From Clostridia bacterium (GTDB lineage Bacteria; Bacillota; Clostridia; Oscillospirales; CAG-272): 64,000 nucleotides of DNA. A program made the position numbers and the translations under genes. Positions 1-7,810 of this stretch are shown in pieces. The stretch lies in the NCBI GenBank assembly GCA_017399145.1, contig JAFQEG010000041.1, positions 3,323 to 67,322 of the forward strand, read 5' to 3'. The notes beneath the pieces were generated by a model, which did not search any database, had not been told where the DNA came from, and saw only the letters and a program-made list of their open reading frames with translations. Positions within the stretch are counted from its first letter, which is position 1. The number at the start of each line of letters is the position of its first letter.

Positions 1-1
1 T

Positions 2-1057
2 AAGGACATAGTCAAGAGAACAATAAGGGCCTTGCGTGGTGCTGACCCAATTGAGAGCCATATAAATACTATAACGGATTATACCTTCTTTTGGTTAATT
101 TCCTTGTACGACTACTATATGTACACAGGAGATAAGGAATTTCTGGAGGACATTTATACCGACGTTTTAGACGTGCTTGAATTCGTGGAGGGGCGACTAG
201 GCGAGGACGGAATGTTCGTAAGGCGTGAGGGAGATTGGGTGTTTATGGACTGGTCAACCTTCGATAGCGACGGACCTATGTGTGCCGAGCAAATTATGCT
301 AGCAAGAGCTTACGAGGCAGTTGAAGCTTGTGCAATAATAAATAAGGATAATCAGCTTGCTACTCACGCAAGAGAAAGGGCAGAATATATTAAGGGTCAA
401 GTTAATAAGCTATACTGGAATGACAAAAAGGGCGCCTTTGTTGACTCCTATACGTCAGGCAGAGAAAATGTAACAAGACACGCAAATATTCTTGCAATTC
501 TCTTTGATTACGTAAGCGAAGAAAGAAAGCAAAGCATAATTAAAAACGTAATTTATAACAAGGAAATAACACCTATTACAACCCCCTATTTTGAATTTTT
601 TGAGCTTGATGCTATGTGCAAAATAGGAGACCTTAAGTATATGACCGATATGCTGGAGTCCTACTGGGGAGGAATGCTTAGACTGGGAGCAACTACAATT
701 TGGGAGGAATTCGATCCCAAAAAGAGTGGAATAGAGCACTACGAAATGTACGGAGGCAAGTACGAAAAGAGCCTTTGTCACGCATGGGGCGCTTCCCCAA
801 TCTATCTTTTAGGTAAATATGCACTAGGAGTAAGACCAACAAAGGCTGGCTATGAGGAATATATAGTAGCGCCTAACAAAATGCCCTTTGGCAATTTTGA
901 GGGTAAGGTGCCAACGCCAAAAGGTGATGTATTTGTCAAAATTAGCGACACAGGGTGCACAATTTTATCACAAATAGACGGAGGAACGCTATTGCTAAAT
1001 GACAAATGCTATCCAATTGAAAAAAACAAAAAATTGCAAGTAAAATTTGAAAAATAA
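2..1057 (+). CDS. C-terminal part of an (alpha/alpha)6-barrel glycoside hydrolase, alpha-L-rhamnosidase (GH78)-like; 5' end is outside the window
   Basis: The reading frame is open from nt 2, so the listed TTG at 32 is not the real start. The product has six-hairpin glycosidase-like motifs (GDWVFMDW, ATTIWEEF, SLCHAWGASPIYLLGKY). A terminator follows. Confidence 0.6.
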   Translation, partial: KDIVKRTIRALRGADPIESHINTITDYTFFWLISLYDYYMYTGDKEFLEDIYTDVLDVLEFVEGRLGEDGMFVRREGDWVFMDWSTFDSDGPMCAEQIMLARAYEAVEACAIINKDNQLATHARERAEYIKGQVNKLYWNDKKGAFVDSYTSGRENVTRHANILAILFDYVSEERKQSIIKNVIYNKEITPITTPYFEFFELDAMCKIGDLKYMTDMLESYWGGMLRLGATTIWEEFDPKKSGIEHYEMYGGKYEKSLCHAWGASPIYLLGKYALGVRPTKAGYEEYIVAPNKMPFGNFEGKVPTPKGDVFVKISDTGCTILSQIDGGTLLLNDKCYPIEKNKKLQVKFEK

Positions 1058-1059
1058 CA

Positions 1060-1090
1060 AAAAAGTCCGACACTGTGTCGGACTTTTTTT
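1060..1090 (+). terminator. Rho-independent terminator
   Basis: AGTCCGACA-ctg-TGTCGGACT hairpin followed by T7. Confidence 0.85.
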
Positions 1091-1152
1091 GCTTTTTACA
1101 ATTTAATAGTTAAGTTTATATTAAAATATGACAATTCAGCATAAGGAAACTA

Positions 1153-1182
1153 TTGACAATGAATGCAAAATTGTGTTAAAAT
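1153..1182 (+). promoter_or_regulatory. Sigma-A type promoter with extended -10
   Basis: TTGACA (1153-1158), 18-nt spacer, TGtTAAAAT (-10 at 1177-1182). Lies about 30 nt upstream of the AAAGGAG RBS and the ATG at 1211. Confidence 0.6.
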
Positions 1183-1210
1183 AAATTATAAAAAATAAAG
1201 GAGAAATCTT

Positions 1211-3115
1211 ATGAAAAACAAAATTTTCCTTGTTGTTTCGATGATAATGTTGATTGCTTGTATGCTTGCGGTTTCTGTGAGTGCAGCAGCTAACGATTAT
1301 TTTGGAAACGTAGAAATCATTGATAACGACGGTGATGGTGCAAGCGATATCAACATTTCCGATATGGTACACACTATCATTCAAGAGGGTGATGGAGCTA
1401 TCTCCAGTGCAAGTGCAAGAATGACAATTTCTTGTGATTGCGAAGCGAGCAAGCACACCTTCCCTGCGTATTACATTACGTCACCAAAGAGTACAGCAAG
1501 ACGCTTTTATTGCTTTAGCTTTGACGCGATCAACTCTGTATTGCCCGGATATTGTGGAACAACCTCAAAGGTGTCTGCCTCAAACGTAACCGCATATGAA
1601 TTGCCTAATGGTTATAATGCTATCTATTCTGGCTTCTTTTATGAGGGTGGCGGTAGCACTTACAAGGGAGATGGTATAGAGTATTTTAGCTTCGCTACAT
1701 GCTCAACGCTTACATCTTTTGAGGGCACAGCAAGTGGAAAAAACTGGTTTACAAACTCCACCATAGAAGAGGTTGACTTGGGTCCATATGTTACTAACAT
1801 TCCTGTAATGCTTTTCTACAATTGTGACAGTCTTGAGTATATTACTATTCCTGATCAAATCACAACAATGGACAGACTAGCATTTGCGTACAGCGATAAC
1901 CTGAAAAGAGTATATTTTACAGAAAACTCTCTTCTTACAACAATAGGTGACTCGGTATTTGATCACTGTGGTAACTTGGAGGCATTTTATATTCCACCAA
2001 GACTCACTACACTCGGTGGTTCCTCATCAAATCAGTCCATATTTAATTGTTGTACTAAAATTTATTTCTTGAATAATCCAAACGAAACCGAAAAGCCTGA
2101 CGTGTACTATTTGCCAAGCTCAATTTTGAAATTCGACGGAGAAATTTTTAAGAGCTGTCAAAATTTGAATAATACGATAGTATTCCCTGAGAACGCGACC
2201 TCAATACCAAACGGTTGGGCATTTAACGGCACAAATGCAGTTAACGTTGTATGCCTTGGTAACATGGAAAATGTAAGCACAACGGGTAACGCTTGGAATA
2301 GTAATGTTACTATTTATTTCTGTAATCCTGCAGATAAGTCTACTGCAGACCTCACAGGCATCAACACAAGTGCTAAAAAGGTTTTCTGTAATGCAGACGG
2401 CAATACAACACACCTTTACAAAGTTTCAGTTAACAGAGCACCAACCTGTACCGTGGATGGCGCAAAGGGCTTTGAGTGCTTCTGTGGCGAAGCTGACCTA
2501 AATAACACAATTGTTGATCCGGCTCAAGGTCACGCAAAAACAACAATTGTAGAAATTGCATACAACAGTGCAAACAGATTCTTTGAAAAGGGCGATGTAA
2601 CCTATATTTGTGGCACCTGTGGCGAAAATCACACAGTTGCAAATGACGCAAATGTAATCTTTACCTTTGTTGGATTCTCAGCAACAGAGAAGGTAATGGG
2701 TACAAATGCTATTATTCAAAGCTTTAAGGTTGACCGTGATGCACTTGCGCTATACAACCAAAATTCAGAGCTTGACGTTGTAGGCTACGGTCTTGTTGCA
2801 GGTACAGAGCTTGCACTAGGCGAGAATGCTGAGATATTTGATAACACAGGCGCTGTTACTTCACCAAAGGCTGGCGTTGTTAAGATTTCAGAAAATGCAA
2901 ACAACTATGACATTTTTGAAATGAGAGTTTCTGGCTTGAATGGTACAGTTGAGGTTGAGGGTCAAGACCCAATCGACCTAGCTAAGGTTAAAGTTTACTG
3001 CTGTGGCTATTGCTTGATTCAAACACCTAGTGGTGTTGCTTCATACTATGCAAACAACGGCACAGTTACCGAAACATTAAGTGGTGCTGCAAGCTACGAA
3101 GCACTTCAACAATAA
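1211..3115 (+). CDS. Secreted BspA-type leucine-rich-repeat (LRR_5-like) surface protein with a Cys-rich module and a conserved C-terminal module
   Basis: N-terminal signal peptide (IFLVVSMIMLIACMLAVSVSAAA). Repeats of the type IPDQITTMDRLAFAYSDNLKRVYF and TTIGDSVFDHCGNLEAFYIP. Cys motif CTVDGAKGFECFCGE. The C-terminal 154 aa are homologous to the C-terminus of the 49063-52365 product. Confidence 0.75.
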   Translation: MKNKIFLVVSMIMLIACMLAVSVSAAANDYFGNVEIIDNDGDGASDINISDMVHTIIQEGDGAISSASARMTISCDCEASKHTFPAYYITSPKSTARRFYCFSFDAINSVLPGYCGTTSKVSASNVTAYELPNGYNAIYSGFFYEGGGSTYKGDGIEYFSFATCSTLTSFEGTASGKNWFTNSTIEEVDLGPYVTNIPVMLFYNCDSLEYITIPDQITTMDRLAFAYSDNLKRVYFTENSLLTTIGDSVFDHCGNLEAFYIPPRLTTLGGSSSNQSIFNCCTKIYFLNNPNETEKPDVYYLPSSILKFDGEIFKSCQNLNNTIVFPENATSIPNGWAFNGTNAVNVVCLGNMENVSTTGNAWNSNVTIYFCNPADKSTADLTGINTSAKKVFCNADGNTTHLYKVSVNRAPTCTVDGAKGFECFCGEADLNNTIVDPAQGHAKTTIVEIAYNSANRFFEKGDVTYICGTCGENHTVANDANVIFTFVGFSATEKVMGTNAIIQSFKVDRDALALYNQNSELDVVGYGLVAGTELALGENAEIFDNTGAVTSPKAGVVKISENANNYDIFEMRVSGLNGTVEVEGQDPIDLAKVKVYCCGYCLIQTPSGVASYYANNGTVTETLSGAASYEALQQ

Positions 3116-3129
3116 GAAAGGAGATTGAA

Positions 3130-3297
3130 ATGTATATTTCACCAGAATACAAGCTTGAAATTATCTCAAGCGAGGACATAATGGAATTTTCACCTAACGA
3201 TATTGTAACAACAAAGGAAACCTTTGACTTTGGCGAGGGTGAGGTAGAGGTAACAAAGGGTACTTCAACAGCAGATATTAAAGATCTACTATTCTAA
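3130..3297 (+). CDS. Small acidic protein (55 aa), not in the ORF track; paralog of 48729-48899
   Basis: AAGGAG RBS at 3117-3122, ATG at 3130, TAA at 3295-3297. Translation: MYISPEYKLEIISSEDIMEFSPNDIVTTKETFDFGEGEVEVTKGTSTADIKDLLF. The N-terminal 19 aa are clearly homologous to the second small ORF in this window. Confidence 0.65.
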   Translation: MYISPEYKLEIISSEDIMEFSPNDIVTTKETFDFGEGEVEVTKGTSTADIKDLLF

Positions 3298-3316
3298 TTT
3301 AGTACGGTTGACGGAT

Positions 3317-3340
3317 ACATGCTGGTAAAACCATAACCAC
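3317..3340. repeat. 24-bp direct repeat, copy 1 (ACATGCTGGTAAAACCATAACCAC)
   Basis: Identical to 3534-3557. Each copy lies 16 nt or fewer upstream of a terminator hairpin. Confidence 0.9.
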
Positions 3341-3356
3341 GTGATAAATAAACAAG

Positions 3357-3385
3357 AAGCAAGGACATTTTGTTCTTGCTTTTTT
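3357..3385 (+). terminator. Rho-independent terminator
   Basis: AAGCAAGGACA-ttt-TGTTCTTGCTT hairpin (one G-U pair) followed by a T-run. Confidence 0.75.
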
Positions 3386-3533
3386 GTATGTACGAAAAAG
3401 GTCGAAAGGTGTGCCACCTTTCCTCATTTGATACGTGGTTATTATCGCCGTTTTCGCCTCTCGAAATACGAAGTATTCCTTCGGTTGAAAACGACGATTT
3501 TTCCTCACCATCTATCTCGTCTGGTCAAAGCTA

Positions 3534-3557
3534 ACATGCTGGTAAAACCATAACCAC
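3534..3557. repeat. 24-bp direct repeat, copy 2
   Basis: Identical to 3317-3340. Confidence 0.9.
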
Positions 3558-3561
3558 AGAT

Positions 3562-3592
3562 AAAAAGCCTTGACGGTCGTCAAGGCTTTTTT
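3562..3592 (+). terminator. Rho-independent terminator
   Basis: AGCCTTGAC-ggtc-GTCAAGGCT hairpin followed by T6. Confidence 0.85.
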
Positions 3593-3595
3593 AAT

Positions 3596-3765
3596 GAAAT
3601 CGCTTTGCGATGAAGTCCACTAAGGTGGATGAAGTCACTCTGTGATGAAGTCCTTGCTTTGCAAGGGTTAGCTTTTTATGAAGCCACCCTTGGTGGATGA
3701 AGTCAACTGCGTTGAAGTTATGAATTTGCCCTTGGCAAATATTATGAGCTTACGTTGTAAACGTT
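3596..3765. other. Array of about 8 short hairpins separated by a conserved (G)ATGAAGTC linker; candidate structured RNA or DNA element
   Basis: Exact ATGAAGTC at 3610, 3629, 3645 and 3697. Degenerate copies at 3678, 3712, 3720 and 3744. Between linkers lie stems of different sequence that all preserve pairing: ATCGC/GCGAT, TCCAC/GTGGA, TCAC/GTGA, CCTTGC/GCAAGG, CCACC/GGTGG, TCAAC/GTTGA, ATTTGCC/GGCAAAT. Confidence 0.5.
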
Positions 3766-3800
3766 AAAAGTGCTTGACCTTAACGGTCAAGCACTTTTTT
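3766..3800. terminator. Bidirectional terminator (serves pfkA on the minus strand)
   Basis: A4, then GTGCTTGACC-ttaac-GGTCAAGCAC, then T6. Lies 13 nt beyond the pfkA stop. Confidence 0.85.
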
Positions 3801-3812
3801 CGTAATATTATT

Positions 3813-4880
3813 TTAACAGCAAATGCAATTTACAATCTTATACATATCCTCAAAGTACTTGCGACGCTCAGCACAAAGTGCTTCCATTTCTGCAATTTGC
3901 TTATCGCTAAAGCCGTCAAGGTCGTATTCCTTTAGCTTACCCTTGTACATTCTATCAACAATAAGCGCATACTTGATTTCAACAGGAACAATCTCACCAT
4001 GACGTGAGCAAATAACAACGTCACTAACACCTTGAAGTAGAAGCTCAACAGCCTTATAACCACTTCTTGATGCAAAGTTTCTATCGACAAGAGTAGGAAT
4101 ACCACCACGTACAATGTGTGCAGGACGAACAAATCTTGTTTCAACCCCTGTGTTTTCCTGAATTTCTTTAACAAGACCCTCGGAGAATTCAGCACCCAAG
4201 CCCTCAGCAACAACTACTATAAAGCTACGTTGACCAGCCTCTTGTGAAGCCTTCATTCTCTTAAACATAGCTTCCTTATCAAATGGGAATTCGTTAATAG
4301 CAACACCAATTGCGTTTAGCGCAAGACCTGTTTCAATAGCAATATAGCCAGCATTTCTACCCATAACCTCAATAACGTTACAACGTGAGTGTGACTCACA
4401 GGTATCTCTTAGACGGTCACCAAGCGCAAGTACAGAGTTCATTGCTGTATCATAGCCAACAGTAATATCGGTAGCTGTAATATCGTTATCAATTGTACCA
4501 GAAACACCGATGCAAGGAATACCTCTTATGCTAAGGTCGGTAGCACCTCTAAACGTACCATCACCGCCGATTGCAACAATACCGTCAATGTTATGCTTCT
4601 TACAGGTTGCAATAGCCTTTTGCATACCCTCCTCAGTCTTAAACTCATCGCATCTGTCAGAGTAGAGGAATGTACCTCCACGGGCAACTATATCAGCCAC
4701 GTCAAGCTTAGAAAGAGGACGAATTCTGTCGTTAATAAGACCTGAATAGCCACCTAAAATGCCAACAACCTCAACACCCATATCAATAGCTGCACAGGTA
4801 ACTGCCTTGATAACACAGTTCATACCTGGCGCATCACCGCCTGAGGTCAAAACACCGATTTTTCTAAATTTCTTTTCCAT
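3813..4880 (-). CDS. pfkA: ATP-dependent 6-phosphofructokinase
   Basis: Motifs GVLTSGGDAPGMN, IGGDGTF and GVSGTIDND. Gly is present at both positions that distinguish ATP-PFK from PPi-PFK. Confidence 0.93.
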   Translation of the reverse strand: MEKKFRKIGVLTSGGDAPGMNCVIKAVTCAAIDMGVEVVGILGGYSGLINDRIRPLSKLDVADIVARGGTFLYSDRCDEFKTEEGMQKAIATCKKHNIDGIVAIGGDGTFRGATDLSIRGIPCIGVSGTIDNDITATDITVGYDTAMNSVLALGDRLRDTCESHSRCNVIEVMGRNAGYIAIETGLALNAIGVAINEFPFDKEAMFKRMKASQEAGQRSFIVVVAEGLGAEFSEGLVKEIQENTGVETRFVRPAHIVRGGIPTLVDRNFASRSGYKAVELLLQGVSDVVICSRHGEIVPVEIKYALIVDRMYKGKLKEYDLDGFSDKQIAEMEALCAERRKYFEDMYKIVNCICC

Positions 4881-4969
4881 AATTTAAAAACTCCTTTGAG
4901 TTGCATAATATACAAAATTTAACAGTATATATTCTAGCATAATATATATATAAAATCAATACCTTTTTA

Positions 4970-5443
4970 TTAAATTTTTTCAAGCAAAAGATTAATAAGG
5001 GAGTAGCAAGCCTTGTTACGAATTTCGTCACGAGAAAGAGTGGTGCCAAGGCTAAGCCTAACACCTTCACAACCATTTTTTGTTGCAATTCCAACGTAAA
5101 CGGTGCCAACAGGGTCCTTATCTGTCCCACCGCTAGGACCCGCAAAGCCGGTCGTACTTATGCCAATATCAGTTGACATTAATCCTTTTACGCCCATTGC
5201 CATTTCCTTAGCGCATTCGTAGCTTACCTCGGTAAAGGATTCAATAGTAGAGGGCGAAACACCCAAAACCTTCATTTTTACCTCGTTAACGTAGGAAACA
5301 ACTCCACCACAAAAAACAGAGGATGCTCCTGAAATATCGGTTATATACTTAGCAATAAGCCCACCTGTACAGGATTCAGCACAGGAAATAGTAAGCCCCT
5401 TTTCCTTAAGTGTATTAACAAGCTTAGTAAAAAAATCCTTCAT
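4970..5443 (-). CDS. pncC: CinA-family nicotinamide-nucleotide amidohydrolase domain protein (PncC-like)
   Basis: 157 aa. Contains SCAESCTGGLIAKYITDISGASSVF and VYVG, as in the CinA C-terminal domain. Confidence 0.8.
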   Translation of the reverse strand: MKDFFTKLVNTLKEKGLTISCAESCTGGLIAKYITDISGASSVFCGGVVSYVNEVKMKVLGVSPSTIESFTEVSYECAKEMAMGVKGLMSTDIGISTTGFAGPSGGTDKDPVGTVYVGIATKNGCEGVRLSLGTTLSRDEIRNKACYSLINLLLEKI

Positions 5444-5512
5444 AATAAAAGCACCACCTTTAAGATTTTAATTTATTTTACCATAAATTTCCTAGTATAT
5501 CAACAATTAAGT

Positions 5513-5541
5513 GCATAAAAAGCTAAATTTGAGGAGATAAT
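5513..5541 (+). promoter_or_regulatory. Forespore sigma-F-type promoter upstream of spoIIR
   Basis: tGCATA (5513-5517), 15-nt spacer, GGAGATAAT (5533-5541). This fits the B. subtilis sigma-F consensus GCATA-N15-GGnRAnAnT and lies 30 nt upstream of the spoIIR ATG. Confidence 0.6.
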
Positions 5542-5571
5542 TAAAACCAAAGCGAAGGGAAGGAAAAATGA

Positions 5572-6174
5572 ATGAAGATAATAGGTACAATTTTAATATC
5601 AGTTATAGTGTTTCTTACAATGAATAGCTTAATACCCTCAGTCAAGGACGCACAAATTTATAATACAACCGTAAGACTACACGTCCTTGCCGATTCAGAC
5701 TCGGAAAGGGACCAGGAATTAAAGCTAAAGGTAAGAGATGCACTTCTTGAGGAAATAGCAGACTACAACGCAAAAAGCAAGGCAGAGGCACTTTTGAAAA
5801 TGGAAGAAAATAAAGAGAATTTAACCAAAATAGCCGAGGAAGTGTTGGAAAAAGAGGGGTGCGATAGGGAGGTTTCCATAGAAATAGGAAATGAAAAATA
5901 CCCAACACGCTACTACGAGGATTTTGCCCTACCTGCCGGCAACTATACCTCTGTAAGAGTAATCATAGGAAGTGGCAGTGGTCAAAACTGGTGGTGCGTT
6001 TTATACCCACCACTATGCACAGACAATGCTATTGAATTTGATGACGAATACTGTGTTGACGTAGGCTTAACCAAGGACCAATACAACCTAATCACTAGGG
6101 CAAACGGTGAATATAAGATAAAATTCAAGCTACTTGAAATGGCATCACAGGCGTTTGGCTTTAATTACGATTAA
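5572..6174 (+). CDS. spoIIR: Stage II sporulation protein R
   Basis: Signal or anchor helix, then VRLHVLADSDSERDQELKLKVRDALL and QNWWCVLYPPLC, which are typical of SpoIIR. Confidence 0.88.
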   Translation: MKIIGTILISVIVFLTMNSLIPSVKDAQIYNTTVRLHVLADSDSERDQELKLKVRDALLEEIADYNAKSKAEALLKMEENKENLTKIAEEVLEKEGCDREVSIEIGNEKYPTRYYEDFALPAGNYTSVRVIIGSGSGQNWWCVLYPPLCTDNAIEFDDEYCVDVGLTKDQYNLITRANGEYKIKFKLLEMASQAFGFNYD

Positions 6175-6199
6175 AAGCAGGGTAAACCTGCTTTTTCTT
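6173..6199 (+). terminator. Rho-independent terminator
   Basis: AGCAGG-gtaaa-CCTGCT hairpin followed by T5. Confidence 0.7.
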
Positions 6200-6312
6200 G
6201 TGTACATTATATCTTCACAGAAATTTCACTTGCAATATTTGGCAATAGGTAGTAAAATATATAATATGAGAAAATAGAAGGACATATATTTCAAGAGAAA
6301 GGGAGATACAAT

Positions 6313-7176
6313 ATGTTTGGTTATATAAAGCCCTACGTGCCCGTTTTGAGGGTAAAGGAAAACGAACTATATAAAGCAACCTATTGTGGTCTTTGCAAGG
6401 CTATGGGTAAAAGCACAGGCTGTATGTCTAATTTCACCCTAAGCTATGATTTTGTATTCCTTTCTCTTTTAAGAATGGGCTTGAAAAATGAAGGCTACGA
6501 AATAAAAGCAAGCAGTTGTATTGCCCATCCATTTCAAAAAAAGCCTATGCTATTACCTAATAAATCACTAGAATTTTCTGCAAAATCAAGTGTGATTTTA
6601 ACAAGACTAAAGCTGAAGGACAATATCAACGACAGCCACGGATTAAGAAGGCTAAAGGCAAAAATTGCAGGGAGTGTGTCTGTTTTTCTTAAAAAAACCG
6701 ACAAAAATCTGCTTCCACTAGAGATGGAAATCAATCAATGGATAAAAATCCTTTCTCAGCTAGAGAGTGAAAACGTTGACTCAATTGATAAATGTGCCCA
6801 CACCTTCGGTATGCTACTTGCAGAAATTATAGCCTTTGATATAGAGTTACCACAAAAAACTCTTGCAAAAAAGGTTGGATATCATTTAGGCAAATGGATA
6901 TACGTTGCCGATGCATACGACGACTTTTATAAGGACAAAAAAACTAAAAGCTTTAACCCCTTAGTTAATTTTTACGGAGATGACCTTGACGAAAATGCAA
7001 GGACACTTATTAAAAATTCAATGCTTTTAGAGCTAAATGAAATGTCAAGTGCGATTGAGTTAATCGACTTTCAGGATAAGGACATTGAGGAAATAGTTAA
7101 AAATATCGTATATCTTGGCTTGCCAAGAGAATTTGAAGAAATTACAAAAAGACACAAAAGGTCTATGGAGGAATAA
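6313..7176 (+). CDS. DUF5685-like protein (unknown function)
   Basis: The N-terminus MFGYIKPYVPVLRVKENELYKATYCGLCKAMGK matches my recollection of the DUF5685 family start. Not verified by search. Confidence 0.55.
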   Translation: MFGYIKPYVPVLRVKENELYKATYCGLCKAMGKSTGCMSNFTLSYDFVFLSLLRMGLKNEGYEIKASSCIAHPFQKKPMLLPNKSLEFSAKSSVILTRLKLKDNINDSHGLRRLKAKIAGSVSVFLKKTDKNLLPLEMEINQWIKILSQLESENVDSIDKCAHTFGMLLAEIIAFDIELPQKTLAKKVGYHLGKWIYVADAYDDFYKDKKTKSFNPLVNFYGDDLDENARTLIKNSMLLELNEMSSAIELIDFQDKDIEEIVKNIVYLGLPREFEEITKRHKRSMEE

Positions 7177-7177
7177 T

Positions 7178-7807
7178 ATGGATCCATATAGAGTTTTAGG
7201 ACTATCACCAGATTGCACAAACGAGGAATTAAAGACCACGTATCGCAATTTGGTAAAAAAATATCATCCAGACAACTATGCAAGCGACCCTGACCTTGCA
7301 AAAATGGCTGACGAAAAAATGAAGGAAATAAATTCTGCCTACGACGAAATTTTAAAAATTCGCACAGGTAACAAAACAGGCTATAATTCGGGCAACACGG
7401 GTAATACAGGCTATGATGCATATTCCAAGGCAGGGGCAGGTAGGTCAAGCAGTAGAAATCCTATCTATAATCAAGTACGTGATGCGATAAACGACGAAAA
7501 CTTTAGACGTGCCGAGAGTCTATTAAGCACAATTAAGCCAGAGGACAGAGAAGCAGAGTGGTACTTCTTGCACGGCTGTATACTTTTGCGTGGTGGCTAT
7601 TATTTCGACGCATTGAAGTACATTGAAACTGCTTGTCAACAGGACCCAGAAAATCCAGAGTATAGACAGGTTTATCAAATGGTATTAAATCAAGCACAGG
7701 GCTTTAGTCAGCAATATCAAGGTCAAAGCGAGGCAGATTGTGAATCTGGCCTTTGCAGAATTTGCTGTGCAATGCAAGCGATAAGCTGTTGCTGTGGAGG
7801 AAGATAA
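7178..7807 (+). CDS. J-domain (DnaJ-like) protein with a TPR-like segment and a Cys-rich C-terminus
   Basis: GGAGGA RBS at 7163-7168 and ATG at 7178. Contains MDPYRVLGLSPDCTNEELKTTYRNLVKKYHPD (HPD motif). The C-terminus is CESGLCRICCAMQAISCCCGG. The listed start at 7115 overlaps the upstream gene. Confidence 0.8.
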   Translation: MDPYRVLGLSPDCTNEELKTTYRNLVKKYHPDNYASDPDLAKMADEKMKEINSAYDEILKIRTGNKTGYNSGNTGNTGYDAYSKAGAGRSSSRNPIYNQVRDAINDENFRRAESLLSTIKPEDREAEWYFLHGCILLRGGYYFDALKYIETACQQDPENPEYRQVYQMVLNQAQGFSQQYQGQSEADCESGLCRICCAMQAISCCCGGR

Positions 7808-7810
7808 TAG

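Noticed and set aside
455-781. The remaining antisense or overlapping ORFs of 60-140 aa in the supplied track, for example 455-781, 2201-2413, 20546-20830, 23488-23853, 54076-54495 and 62409-62738.
   Set aside because: Each lies inside, and opposite or out of frame to, a well-supported conserved gene. They lack RBSs and have low-complexity or Cys/Leu/Ser-rich shadow-frame composition.
3130-3297. Interpreting the two small acidic peptides as RiPP or bacteriocin precursors.
   Set aside because: They have no Cys and no double-glycine or other leader cleavage motif. No modification enzyme, immunity gene or dedicated exporter is adjacent. The idea is kept only as a remote possibility.
3299-3553. 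Two listed 70-aa ORFs (3299-3511 on the minus strand, 3341-3553 on the plus strand) in the LRR/pfkA intergenic region.
   Set aside because: They overlap each other and run through terminator hairpins. They lack RBSs and have odd composition. The region is better explained as structured non-coding DNA or RNA.
3610-3770. Mini-ORFs starting at the repeated ATGAAG (for example MKSTKVDEVTL, MKSLLCKG).
   Set aside because: None has a Shine-Dalgarno sequence, and their lengths and frames are inconsistent. Conservation is in the linker and stem pairing rather than in any peptide.
7115-7177. Listed upstream start (7115) for the J-domain gene.
   Set aside because: It would overlap the preceding gene by 62 nt. 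ATG 7178 has a GGAGGA RBS and begins exactly at the conserved J-domain (MDPYRVLG).
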